A stretch of 52,128 nt of DNA from Chloroflexota bacterium (lineage in GTDB: Bacteria > Chloroflexota > Anaerolineae > Anaerolineales > Anaerolineaceae): contig JAAZNB010000476.1 of NCBI GenBank assembly GCA_012798515.1, positions 1-52,128 of the forward strand. The letters are read 5' to 3'. The translations under genes were made by a program, and so were the position numbers. Every line of letters begins with the position of its first letter. The first letter of the stretch is position 1. Shown in pieces: positions 1 to 11,408 of the stretch. The notes below the pieces were generated by a model. It was not told where the DNA came from. It made no database searches and worked only from the letters and a program-made list of their open reading frames with translations.

Positions 1-12
1 GGCCGGGTGGGC

Positions 13-765
13 CTATGGTGCGCGGTTCCAGGCCAGGGTATGTTCGAAGGGATTCAACTGTGACGTGTGGGGGGTGGCGCCTTGCCTGGAGACAGGCCGG
101 GCGATGACGAACAACCGCCCCCACGAGCTTTGTTCCTCTTTCTGGATGCAGGTCTGGAACACCAACACGTTGCCCTGCCCGTAAGTCTGGTTGAACACGT
201 CAGTGCTGGACAACGTACGCCCGGGGTCGGCCGGATTGACGAAATAGGAATAGGGATTATAGGGCTCGAGCGCCTGGTATCGCTGGATTTGTGTGACCTG
301 GAAGTATTCCAGCCGGCCGTCGCCGTACACCAGGATAATGGTTTGGCTTTGGCCTAACCGGGAAAAGAACTCCCCGGCGAGAAAGTTGTGCGCCAGCAGC
401 CCGGTCGAATCGACCTGGCCGGCGGAACGGAATTGCGTGGCCGCGCCGGGCTGTTCGGAGACGAAAGTGGGATCGGTCGCGGGTTGCTGGAGGATGGGCA
501 GGGCCATCAGGCCCGGTACATAAGCGCCCACCAGCGTATCTGGATCGCCGTTGCGGACTGTATTGATAAATTCGTCCAGGCGAGGTAACCTGTCCCGGAT
601 GAACACATCGATCCCGGTATGGTCCGGTTTCCCGGTAACGGGTACGTGAGCCGGACGGAACAGGCTCCACAAAGCGATCCATATGCATAAACCGGCCGTA
701 TGCAAGTCGTGATTGTCTGGTTGCATTTTCATCCACTGGTAAAAAGTTGCTCGAAGAAAGGTCAA
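13..765 (-). CDS. membrane-anchored sortase-fold (Cys transpeptidase-like) protein
   Basis: 250-aa ORF with an N-terminal hydrophobic segment LCIWIALWSLF. The motif order LLAHNF (His), VYGDGRLEYFQV, LVFQTCI (TLxTC-like Cys), GRLFVIARP (Arg) matches the sortase His-Cys-Arg layout. The ORF opens with TTG at 765; ATGs at 732 and 726 are alternative starts. Confidence 0.5.
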   Translation of the reverse strand: MTFLRATFYQWMKMQPDNHDLHTAGLCIWIALWSLFRPAHVPVTGKPDHTGIDVFIRDRLPRLDEFINTVRNGDPDTLVGAYVPGLMALPILQQPATDPTFVSEQPGAATQFRSAGQVDSTGLLAHNFLAGEFFSRLGQSQTIILVYGDGRLEYFQVTQIQRYQALEPYNPYSYFVNPADPGRTLSSTDVFNQTYGQGNVLVFQTCIQKEEQSSWGRLFVIARPVSRQGATPHTSQLNPFEHTLAWNRAP

Positions 766-1020
766 TGTAATGATTCGGGGAACTTTTGCCTTTAAAAACG
801 GTACGTTTGTATCCGAGTCTTTGTAACTAATTACACAGTAGTAATAAATGGGTTAGAAACCAATAAAAACAAGGTAAATTAAATCGTCTTACGATTCTGT
901 GATCCGTATGTAGGGCAGGCGTAAGCCTTGGATAAGCGATAGTTTGGCCTGACGCCGGGGATGGCCGCGGACCATCTTTGTGAAAGCCCGGCCCGCGGCG
1001 CATAAGCAAAGGGGATTGCA

Positions 1021-1029
1021 TGGTATAAT
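1021..1029 (+). promoter_or_regulatory. extended -10 promoter element TGGTATAAT upstream of yebC
   Basis: TGGTATAAT lies at 1021-1029, 52 nt upstream of the yebC ATG. There is no good -35 hexamer, as is usual for extended -10 promoters. Confidence 0.4.
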
Positions 1030-1080
1030 TTACAAACCGGTTAAGAAATCTACCCGAATGTTGCTTGAGGAGAACGAGGT

Positions 1081-1836
1081 ATGTCAGGTCATTCAAAATG
1101 GGCCACCATTAAACGAAAAAAGGGTGCCGCCGATGCAAAGCGAGGTCAGGTCTTTACACGGCTGACTCGCGAAATCGTGATGGCAGCCCGTGAAGGCGGC
1201 GGAGATCCAGAGGCGAACTTTCGTCTTCGCCTGGCTGTTGAACGCGCCCGCAATCAGAATATGCCGAAAGAGAATATCGAACGCGCTATCAAACGTGGCG
1301 CAGGCGAGGGTAAAGAAGGCAACACTTTCGAGGAAGTCATGTACGAAGGGTACGCTCCTAACGGCGTGGCGTTGATGATCGAATGTGTCACTGAGAACCG
1401 CAACCGCACCGTAGCCGAGATCCGCCATATTCTCACCCGCTCGGGTGGCAACATGGGAGAGGCCGGTTCGGTGGGCTGGCAGTTCAACCGGGCGGCCTAT
1501 TTCTCCTTACCTGGCCAGGGCAAAGATTTCGATACGATCTTTGAGCTGGCAGTCGAGGGTGGCGCGGACGACGTGACGCAGGATGATGACACCTTCGAGA
1601 TCATCGGGCCTGTGGAATCGTTCAAGACCTTGAGCGACCGGCTGAGAACGGCCTCTGTTCAGGTAGAAGAGGCGGGGCTGCGTATGCTGCCCAACCAGGA
1701 AATGGAATTGAGCGTAGAGCAGACCTTGCAGGTGTTGAGGACGATCGATGCCCTCGAAGAGCTGGATGATGTTCAAAACGTGTTTTCGAATTTGAAGATC
1801 TCCGAAGAGGCGCTGGCGGCTATGGAGTCCGAATAG
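1081..1836 (+). CDS. yebC: YebC/PmpR family DNA-binding regulator
   Basis: 251 aa. The N-terminus [22 protein letters not shown] and the length are hallmarks of the YebC/TACO1 family. A purine-rich SD (gaggagaacgaggt) precedes the ATG. The gene lies directly upstream of ruvC, as in many bacteria. Confidence 0.95.
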   Translation: MSGHSKWATIKRKKGAADAKRGQVFTRLTREIVMAAREGGGDPEANFRLRLAVERARNQNMPKENIERAIKRGAGEGKEGNTFEEVMYEGYAPNGVALMIECVTENRNRTVAEIRHILTRSGGNMGEAGSVGWQFNRAAYFSLPGQGKDFDTIFELAVEGGADDVTQDDDTFEIIGPVESFKTLSDRLRTASVQVEEAGLRMLPNQEMELSVEQTLQVLRTIDALEELDDVQNVFSNLKISEEALAAMESE

Positions 1837-1840
1837 CCCT

Positions 1841-2338
1841 ATGTTGGTGGTAGGAATCGACCCGGGTACGGCTACGACCGGGTACGGTTTTGTCCGGGAT
1901 AACGCCGACGGCGGCCTGGACGCAGTCGAGTACGGGATCATTGCTACCCCAGCCCACGAAAGCCCAGAGAATCGCCTCTGGATGCTGTATACCCAGTTGA
2001 AAGAACTTCTCCTTCTCCACCGGCCGGATTCAGGCGCGGTGGAGAAGCTTTTTTTTCAACGCAACGTGACCACCGCTCTGGCAGTGGGCCAGGCGCGCGG
2101 CGTGGTGTTGCTGGCCATGGCCGAAGCCGGCCTGGTCGTGGCGGAATACACACCCATGGAGATCAAACAAGCCGTCGCCGGTTATGGAGGGGCGCAAAAA
2201 CGCCAGGTACAGGAGATGGTACGGGCCCTGTTGCAGCTCGACCAGATTCCGCGACCGGACGATGCAGCGGACGCCCTGGCGGTTGGCATTTGTCACCTCC
2301 ACAGTGCGCATTTTGCCAAACTGACCCAGCTTGAATAA
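1841..2338 (+). CDS. ruvC: crossover junction endodeoxyribonuclease RuvC
   Basis: 165 aa. It has [16 protein letters not shown] (catalytic Asp), [11 protein letters not shown], and the C-terminal [12 protein letters not shown] acidic motif. It starts 4 nt after the yebC stop. Confidence 0.95.
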   Translation: MLVVGIDPGTATTGYGFVRDNADGGLDAVEYGIIATPAHESPENRLWMLYTQLKELLLLHRPDSGAVEKLFFQRNVTTALAVGQARGVVLLAMAEAGLVVAEYTPMEIKQAVAGYGGAQKRQVQEMVRALLQLDQIPRPDDAADALAVGICHLHSAHFAKLTQLE

Positions 2339-2365
2339 CCCTCAGGAAGCGTTTATAGTGTAGTC

Positions 2366-3178
2366 ATGATTTCCAGTCATGCTAATTCCCAGGTAAAGCA
2401 AATCCGTAAGCTGCGCGAGCGCAAAGAACGCCAACAAACCGGCCTGTTCTACGTGGAGGGCTTGCGCATTGTGGCCGAGGCGCTCCAACTGGGAGCGCCC
2501 ATCCAGGAGCTGGTCTATTCCCCCGACCTGTTGGTCTCGGAATTCGGCCGGCAGCTCGTCCGGCAAGCCTCTCAGCAGGGGATCGCTTTACTCGAAGTGA
2601 CCGGCGACGTATTCCAGAGCATTGCCCAAAAAGATGGTCCACAAGGCATCGGCGCCGTAATCCACCAGCAGTGGGCGCCGCTCGACCAGATCCGGCCGGG
2701 CGAGACAGACACCTGGGTAGCGCTGGATGCGGTGGCCGACCCGGGCAACCTGGGCACCATCTTGCGCACCAACGACGCGGTGTGCGGCGCGGGGGTGATC
2801 TTGTTGGATCAATCCACGGACCCCTACGACCTGACTGCAGTGCGGGCTTCCATGGGCGCCTTGTTTGCCCAAAAATTAGCCCGGGCCAGTTTCGAACAAT
2901 TCGAACACTGGGTAAAAGAGCAGGGCTTGCCGGTCACGGGCACGTCGGATTCTGCCCAGCTGGATTACCATGCCTGCGTTTACCCGGGGCGGATGGTCTT
3001 GTTGATGGGCAGCGAGCGCCAGGGGCTGAAGCCCCACCACCTCAAGCTGTGTGACCAGGTGGTGCGCATCCCCATGTACGGGCGGGGAGATTCGCTCAAC
3101 CTGGCCGTGGCCACGGCTGTGATGTTATACGAACTATTCAACCAGCGCCGGGAAAAGGCGCCTGATCACGAAGAATAA
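2366..3178 (+). CDS. TrmH/SpoU family RNA 2'-O-methyltransferase
   Basis: 270 aa. SpoU-type motifs are present: DPGNLGTILRTNDA, LLMGSERQGL, IPMYGRGDSLNLAVATAVMLYE. There is also an N-terminal substrate-binding-type region, LFYVEGLRIVAEAL. Confidence 0.85.
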   Translation: MISSHANSQVKQIRKLRERKERQQTGLFYVEGLRIVAEALQLGAPIQELVYSPDLLVSEFGRQLVRQASQQGIALLEVTGDVFQSIAQKDGPQGIGAVIHQQWAPLDQIRPGETDTWVALDAVADPGNLGTILRTNDAVCGAGVILLDQSTDPYDLTAVRASMGALFAQKLARASFEQFEHWVKEQGLPVTGTSDSAQLDYHACVYPGRMVLLMGSERQGLKPHHLKLCDQVVRIPMYGRGDSLNLAVATAVMLYELFNQRREKAPDHEE

Positions 3179-3196
3179 CCAAGCCTGGAGGGGTGG

Positions 3197-3772
3197 ATGA
3201 TTGCAGCACTCGAAGGAAGAGTGATCTCGACCGGCGATGGCAGCCTGGTGGTTATGGTGGGGGGAATTGGTTTGCAAGTCTTTGTCACCAATCTGCTTTG
3301 CAGCCAGACCTATGTCGATGAAACCCTGTTCTTGTATACCCACATGGTGGTGCGCCAGGACCTGCTGGCCTTGTATGGTTTCCGCGATGCCGAAGAACGG
3401 GAATTCTTCCGTTTATTGCTGGGGGTGAACGGGGTCGGGCCCAAACTGGCGCTGTCGATTCTTTCCAGCATGAACGTGGACGCCATCCGCCGTTCGGTGC
3501 TCAGCGAGCAGCCCGACCTGATGGCGCGGGTGCCTGGGGTGGGCAAGAAAACGGCGCAAAAGATTCTGCTCCAGCTTCAGGGGCGCATGGGGAAGGAGTC
3601 TTTACTGGAGAACCTACCGGCCATGAACGTAGACGCCGAAGTATTGGATGCGCTGACCGCACTGGGGTACAGTATTGTCGAGGGCCAGGCGGCCATCCAG
3701 TCTATCCCGCGCGATGCCCCGGCGGACGTGGAATCCAGGTTGCGTTTGGCGCTGCAATATTTCTCCGGATAA
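3197..3772 (+). CDS. ruvA: Holliday junction branch migration complex subunit RuvA
   Basis: 191 aa. It has the MIAALEGRV N-terminus, two helix-hairpin-helix segments (LLGVNGVGPKLALSILS, VPGVGKKTAQKILLQL) and C-terminal domain III (LDALTALGYS). Confidence 0.95.
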   Translation: MIAALEGRVISTGDGSLVVMVGGIGLQVFVTNLLCSQTYVDETLFLYTHMVVRQDLLALYGFRDAEEREFFRLLLGVNGVGPKLALSILSSMNVDAIRRSVLSEQPDLMARVPGVGKKTAQKILLQLQGRMGKESLLENLPAMNVDAEVLDALTALGYSIVEGQAAIQSIPRDAPADVESRLRLALQYFSG

Positions 3773-3775
3773 ACC

Positions 3776-4726
3776 ATGCTGCGGAAATTTTCCATCCATG
3801 GGTGGATTGGACTGGTTTTAATTGCCACCTTCTGGCCGGCCAACTGGCTTCTACCTGGGCTGCGTACGGCCTGGGCGTTCTTCCCCATGTGGCTGGGTTA
3901 TACCCTGCTGGTAGACGCTCTAAGCCTGATGGGACGCGGTACATCCCTGTTGACCCGCAACTGGAAGCGCTTTGCCGGACTGTTTGCTATCTCGATTCCG
4001 GGTTGGTGGCTGTTCGAGTTGGTCAACGAGCGGCTGCAAAACTGGCATTATTTAGGCGCGGAGCATTTTCACCCGCTGGTGTTCTTCCTGCTGGCCAGCA
4101 TCAACTTCTCGATCGTGATCCCGGCCGTGTTTGGCACGGCGGAATGGATGGCCGGCATGCCCTTCATCCGCCGCATGGGAAAGGGGCCGCGGATTGTTCC
4201 CAACCGGGGCACTACCTGGGCTTTTTTCCTGGCCGGGTGGGTGATGCTGGGGCTGATGCTGGCCTGGCCGCAGTACTTCTTTCCCTTTGCCTGGCTCTCC
4301 CTATACTTCATTATTGAGCCGCTCAACGTCTGGCTGGGCAACCCTAACCTGGCCGAATATACCAGGAGTGGCAACTGGCGCCCGGTAGTGGCCCTGTTTT
4401 GCGGCGTGCTGGTTACCGGCTTTTTCTGGGAGATGTGGAATTACTTCTCCTATCCCAAGTGGATCTACACCGTTCCCTGGGTCAACTTTGGGCACGTGTT
4501 CGAGATGCCCATCCTGGGTTACGGCGGCTACCTGCCGTTTTCACTGGAATTGTTTGCCCTGTATCACCTGGTGATGGGCATTTTAAAAATAGATCAGGCC
4601 GGCTACCTGAATCTGGAAGCCGGCCCACTGGAAAAGACCAATCGGGTTCGAAAGACGGTTTTGGCCGTCCAGGAGGACCGGCCGGTGGAGGAGGGGGATG
4701 CTCAGGCCGGTTCGACCGCCGGCTGA
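3776..4726 (+). CDS. polytopic membrane protein, family not recognised
   Basis: 316-aa ORF starting 3 nt after the ruvA stop. It has about 7-8 Trp/Phe-rich hydrophobic helices (WIGLVLIATFW, FPMWLGYTLLV, LFAISIPGWWLF, VFFLLASINFSIVIPAVF, WAFFLAGWVMLGLMLAW, FPFAWLSLYFII, VVALFCGVLVTGFFW) and a hydrophilic Glu/Gly-rich tail. The last 25 nt overlap the 3' end of the convergent MFS gene. Confidence 0.6.
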   Translation: MLRKFSIHGWIGLVLIATFWPANWLLPGLRTAWAFFPMWLGYTLLVDALSLMGRGTSLLTRNWKRFAGLFAISIPGWWLFELVNERLQNWHYLGAEHFHPLVFFLLASINFSIVIPAVFGTAEWMAGMPFIRRMGKGPRIVPNRGTTWAFFLAGWVMLGLMLAWPQYFFPFAWLSLYFIIEPLNVWLGNPNLAEYTRSGNWRPVVALFCGVLVTGFFWEMWNYFSYPKWIYTVPWVNFGHVFEMPILGYGGYLPFSLELFALYHLVMGILKIDQAGYLNLEAGPLEKTNRVRKTVLAVQEDRPVEEGDAQAGSTAG

Positions 4727-6015
4727 GACAGCAGCTTCTCTTCGTCCAGGGCCACACGGATGCCCTGGTCTACGTTCACCCGGCTGAGGATTAAGGCGCC
4801 CACGACGAAAAAGATAATCAAAGACACGATGCTCAGGCGGCTGTTGCCCATCAGCTGCGCCACCAACCCAAACAGGGCCGGGCCGGCGATGCCGGCAAAC
4901 TTCTCACTGACGCTTAAGAAACCATAGAACTCGGCCGACTTGCTCACCGGCATCATGCGGCCGATGAGCGAGCGGGAGAGGGCCTGGCTGCCACCCTGCA
5001 CCGTTGCGACGAGGGCGCCGAGCGCCCAAAACTGCCATTCTGAAGACAGGAAGTAGCCCAGGATGGCAATCCCGGTATAGATTGTCAGGGACAGGTAAAT
5101 CGACTGCTTGGTGCCCAGTTTTTTAGCCAGCCAGCCAAAGGCAAAGGCAAATGGCACCCCCAGGAATTGCACCATCAGCAGTGTGCCGATCAGGGCGGTT
5201 TGGCCGATGCCGATTTCGGTGCCGTAGATGGTGGCCATGGTGATGATGGTGCCGATCCCGTTGTTGTAAAACCAGAAGGCGATCAAGAAGAGAAACAGGT
5301 CGCGGTAGCGCCGGATTTCTCGAAATGTGACCACCAGGCGGCGGAAGGTGACCCGGATAGCGCTGACGCCCTGTTCTTCGCTCAAAACCCGGCGCGGCGG
5401 CTCAGGGACGACGCGCCAGATAGGGATGCTGAAGACCAGCCACCATACGGCCACGGTGACGAAGGACAGGCGGGTCATGATTTCAGTCTGGCTTGGGTCA
5501 GACAGCATGATCATCGCCAGGTTGGCTGCCAGCAGCAGCCCCCCACCCAGGTATCCCATGGCATATCCGCGCGTCGAGACCTGATCGATCTCGTCCGGGC
5601 GGGCGATATGAGGCAGCAGCGAGTCGTAGAACACCAGCGAGCCTGAAAAACCGATGTTACCCAGGATGAAAAATACCGATGCCATCCAGTAATCACCGGT
5701 GCGCACCAGGTAGAGCAAAGCCGTGCCGGTTACGCCCAGGATGACGAACAGCATCAAAAAGCGCTTCTTGGCGCCGCGAAAATCAGCCAGGGCGCCCAGG
5801 ATCGGGCTGAGGAGGGCAGAGATGAGCAGGGCGATGGACGTGGTGTAACCCCAGTAAGCGGTGGCGATGTATGGCGGCAGGTCAGCCGCAGCCACGGTCG
5901 AGTAGTAGATGGGCAGCACGGCGGCCATGATGGTGGTGGCAAAGGCCGAATTGGCCCAATCGTACATCGTCCACGCTGTGATCGCCCGGCGGTGTGACTT
6001 TGGATCTGCGTTCAT
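4702..6015 (-). CDS. MFS transporter, UMF1/Atg22-like family
   Basis: The ORF track gives 4702-6108. I trim to the ATG at 6015 (MNADPKSHRRAITAWTMYDWANSAFATT), which is preceded by acgaGGAGcgca. The WxxYDWANSAF N-terminal motif and 12-TM-like hydrophobicity match the UMF1 (Atg22-like) MFS family. Confidence 0.85.
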   Translation of the reverse strand: MNADPKSHRRAITAWTMYDWANSAFATTIMAAVLPIYYSTVAAADLPPYIATAYWGYTTSIALLISALLSPILGALADFRGAKKRFLMLFVILGVTGTALLYLVRTGDYWMASVFFILGNIGFSGSLVFYDSLLPHIARPDEIDQVSTRGYAMGYLGGGLLLAANLAMIMLSDPSQTEIMTRLSFVTVAVWWLVFSIPIWRVVPEPPRRVLSEEQGVSAIRVTFRRLVVTFREIRRYRDLFLFLIAFWFYNNGIGTIITMATIYGTEIGIGQTALIGTLLMVQFLGVPFAFAFGWLAKKLGTKQSIYLSLTIYTGIAILGYFLSSEWQFWALGALVATVQGGSQALSRSLIGRMMPVSKSAEFYGFLSVSEKFAGIAGPALFGLVAQLMGNSRLSIVSLIIFFVVGALILSRVNVDQGIRVALDEEKLLSQPAVEPA

Positions 6016-6285
6016 TGCGCTCCTCGTATGAATGGATAAGTACTGAAAGATAGGATCAATGGTGTAAATTTGGCCACAAAGGAAAGAAGGAGAATATTTC
6101 TTCCCCACACTCTGGGTAATTGCGATTGAGTATTTTGATTATACGATTCTTTCCCGGCCAGGATGGCGAGATTAAAGGGTATTAAAAACCATTAACAATG
6201 TAAAGACCGGCCGTTGGGGAAAAAAGGAAACCGGCCAACTCTTAAGATCCAAGTTGATTCTTGGGTATTATTAGGACAATTGTTT

Positions 6286-6294
6286 TGGTATAAT
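6286..6294 (+). promoter_or_regulatory. extended -10 promoter element TGGTATAAT upstream of uvrA
   Basis: The identical 9-mer TGGTATAAT lies at 6286-6294, 88 nt upstream of the ATG at 6382. A 6-bp hairpin GTGCCC-gtagcat-GGGCAC (6340-6358) lies in the predicted leader. Confidence 0.4.
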
Positions 6295-6381
6295 TCACTT
6301 TTGCCCGATTATCATTGGGCTTGAAATCGAGATACACCCGTGCCCGTAGCATGGGCACAGGGGAAAGCAGCAGGTAGATCT

Positions 6382-9306
<2,925 letters not shown>

Positions 9307-9405
9307 AATCCAAACAAGGAGTATAGATTTATTTGCCCAGACGGTCGGATGGCGCTGTATATTCGTGCCCCGATGGTCCTGAGGACGATCCAAATAGGAA
9401 AATCT

Positions 9406-10158
9406 ATGGCTGCGAAAGATTCCCCACAAAGTGTAATCGAATCCTACCGTAGGCGTCAGCGGATGATGCCCTTCCTCGTGGGAGGGTTGGCCGTCCTGTT
9501 GGTGGCGGTGGGTATCATCATCCTGGTGATCTGGTTCATGGGACCCAATCGCCCGGCGATCTCGCTGTTCGCATCGGCGACGCCAACCTCGACTTCTACC
9601 TTCACCCCCACAGCAACCGTGCCATCGGCGACCCCGTCTCTGACGGCAACGATCACGGAAATCCCCACGACTACTCAAACCATGACGCCCACTGGCCCGT
9701 TCGAGTATACGGTCGAACAGGACGATAATTGCTGGGAAATTTCCCAGAAATTCGAAGTGGACATGGGCGTACTGTTGGCTTTGAATAACTTCGGAGGCGA
9801 TTGCCCGATCAATCCTGGGGATACCATCCTCATCCCGGCCCCCGGACAGGAGCTGCCCACCGAAACGCCCCTGCCGACCAACATCTCTCGTGGGACCAAG
9901 ATCGAATACACGATCAAATCTGGCGAGACCCTGGCGACCATCGCGGAGAAGTTCGGTTCTACCCGGGAAGCCATTATCGAAGAAAATGACATCGAAGATG
10001 AAAACACCATCTTTGCCGGGCAGGTAATCATCGTCCCGGTCAATATCGCCACGGCTACGCCGACTCGCCAGCCTACCAGCACCTCGGCTGCCGGGACGGA
10101 GACCCCGCCACCGGCCAGCGCCACGACGGTTGTGCCATCGGCGACCAGCGCACCCTAA
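9406..10158 (+). CDS. membrane-anchored protein with two LysM peptidoglycan-binding domains
   Basis: The ORF track starts at 9349. The ATG at 9406 has AGGA 6 nt upstream. TM anchor: FLVGGLAVLLVAVGIIILVIWF. Pro/Thr/Ser linker: TPTSTSTFTPTATVPSATPS. Two LysM units are present: YTVEQDDNCWEISQKFEVDMGVLLALNNF...GDTILIP and YTIKSGETLATIAEKFGSTREAIIEENDI...GQVIIVP. Confidence 0.85.
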   Translation: MAAKDSPQSVIESYRRRQRMMPFLVGGLAVLLVAVGIIILVIWFMGPNRPAISLFASATPTSTSTFTPTATVPSATPSLTATITEIPTTTQTMTPTGPFEYTVEQDDNCWEISQKFEVDMGVLLALNNFGGDCPINPGDTILIPAPGQELPTETPLPTNISRGTKIEYTIKSGETLATIAEKFGSTREAIIEENDIEDENTIFAGQVIIVPVNIATATPTRQPTSTSAAGTETPPPASATTVVPSATSAP

Positions 10159-10203
10159 TAAAACCGTTATCAGAACGCAATCCCCAAGCAGTTTGGCTTG
10201 ATG

Positions 10204-10250
10204 ATAAGATTACATCCCGGTTGGAAAACGCGGGATGTAATCTTATTCTT
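10204..10250 (+). terminator. intrinsic terminator after the LysM gene
   Basis: A perfect 16-bp stem pairs ATAAGATTACATCCCG (10204-10219) with CGGGATGTAATCTTAT (10231-10246) around an 11-nt loop, followed by TCTT. It begins 46 nt after the stop codon. Confidence 0.7.
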
Positions 10251-10318
10251 AACTATTGTGGCTATAATAGGCGAGACCTTAAACCGGAGTAGTACCGAAT
10301 AGACCCACAGGTGAATCA

Positions 10319-11398
10319 ATGGCAGTAAGACCACTAGAAAACCGGCAGCGTGCGGGGTTGAGGCAACAGATTAACCACGCCCTGCCAGCGGCAGTGATCG
10401 GTATCATCTTGATCCTGGCCGTCCTTACCTGGCTCACTTCCGTCGTTGGCAATCCACCGCTCCTGTTGGTAGACATTGCCGATCGAGTCAGCACCTTCAG
10501 TGCGATTTTTCTGGGTATTTTTATCGAAGCCGCGCCGTATTTGTTATTGGGAACGCTGGCTTCCGGATTGGTAGAGGAATTCGTCGACCGAGACGAGCTC
10601 TCCAGGCTGCTGCCCAAGAATAAAGCGGCCGGAGCAGTCGTAGGGGGACTGATGGGGTTGTTCTTTCCGGTGTGCGAATGTGGAGTGGTACCCCTGACGC
10701 GGCGCTTGTTCCGTAAAGGGCTGCCCCTCTCAGTGGGAGTGTCTTTTCTGCTGGCCGCGCCGGTGTTGAACCCTATCGTGATTGCCAGCACGTATTCGGC
10801 CTTTGGGCCCGGGGTGATCTTCTGGGGGCGTTTGGGACTGTCCCTGGCCATTGCCGTGGCCACCGGGATCATCTTCTCGATGCAGAGCGACGCCAACAGT
10901 CTCTTGCAGCCAGTATCCCAGATCCCGGATGCCGCGGCATGTGAGCTCCATCCCGAGCCGCTCAAAGAGACCCGGCGCCGGCCGTTGGGGACCCGGTTAC
11001 GCCGGGTGTTGGTGGTGGCCAGCGATGAATTCTTCGAGATGGGGCGTTACTTGATCATCGGGGGTATCCTGGCGGCCTTGATGCAAACCCTGATCCCACA
11101 ATCCTCGTTGTTGTCGGTTGGGCAGGGGCCCTTGTTCTCCGTGCTGGTCATGATCCTGCTGGCAGTGGTGTTATCGATCTGTTCCACGGTGGATGCCTTC
11201 ATCGCCCTGGCTTTTACGACCACTTTTTCTTCAGGATCGATCCTGGCCTTCCTGGTCTTTGGGCCGATGGTGGACATCAAAAGCACGATTATGTTCTTGC
11301 AGGTATTCCGCAAACGAACAGTGGTCTACCTGATCTTGCTGCCATTGATGATGACCATCCTGGCTACGGTAGCAATCAACACCTTTGGGGGCATGTGA
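10319..11398 (+). CDS. COG0701/DUF318 (ArsP_1-like) permease
   Basis: 359 aa and polytopic. It has the characteristic FFPVCECGVVPLTRRL motif (CEC at 10673-10681) and a second-half repeat, ICSTVDAFIALAF. It is followed immediately by its usual TIGR03943 partner gene. Confidence 0.8.
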   Translation: MAVRPLENRQRAGLRQQINHALPAAVIGIILILAVLTWLTSVVGNPPLLLVDIADRVSTFSAIFLGIFIEAAPYLLLGTLASGLVEEFVDRDELSRLLPKNKAAGAVVGGLMGLFFPVCECGVVPLTRRLFRKGLPLSVGVSFLLAAPVLNPIVIASTYSAFGPGVIFWGRLGLSLAIAVATGIIFSMQSDANSLLQPVSQIPDAAACELHPEPLKETRRRPLGTRLRRVLVVASDEFFEMGRYLIIGGILAALMQTLIPQSSLLSVGQGPLFSVLVMILLAVVLSICSTVDAFIALAFTTTFSSGSILAFLVFGPMVDIKSTIMFLQVFRKRTVVYLILLPLMMTILATVAINTFGGM

Positions 11399-11408
11399 GG
11401 AGACTGGT

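Noticed and set aside
827-1096. 89-aa minus-strand ORF in the AT-rich spacer upstream of yebC.
   Set aside because: It runs into the yebC start, has no SD and shows no protein-like composition. It is most likely a chance ORF in an intergenic region.
4702-4726. 25-nt overlap of the 3' ends of the convergent membrane-protein and MFS genes.
   Set aside because: This is a real feature of the ORFs, but convergent tail overlaps are common in compact genomes. The overlapped tail of the + strand gene is a low-complexity hydrophilic extension and may even end earlier functionally.
6016-6108. N-terminal extensions offered by the ORF track for several genes. These are MFS to 6108, uvrA from 6340, DUF1015 to 22497, ipk to 35158, KH protein from 25484, manC-like from 27433, UPF0104 from 40248 and TIGR03943 from 11385.
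   Set aside because: The extensions overlap the upstream genes or lack homology-like sequence. Internal ATG or GTG codons with SD sequences reproduce the canonical family N-termini, so the shorter models were preferred.
6197-6240. Possible hairpin GGCCG-N18-CGGCC in the MFS/uvrA divergent spacer.
   Set aside because: The stem is only 5 bp and is built from self-complementary CCGG-type sequence. It has no flanking U-run and no evident function.
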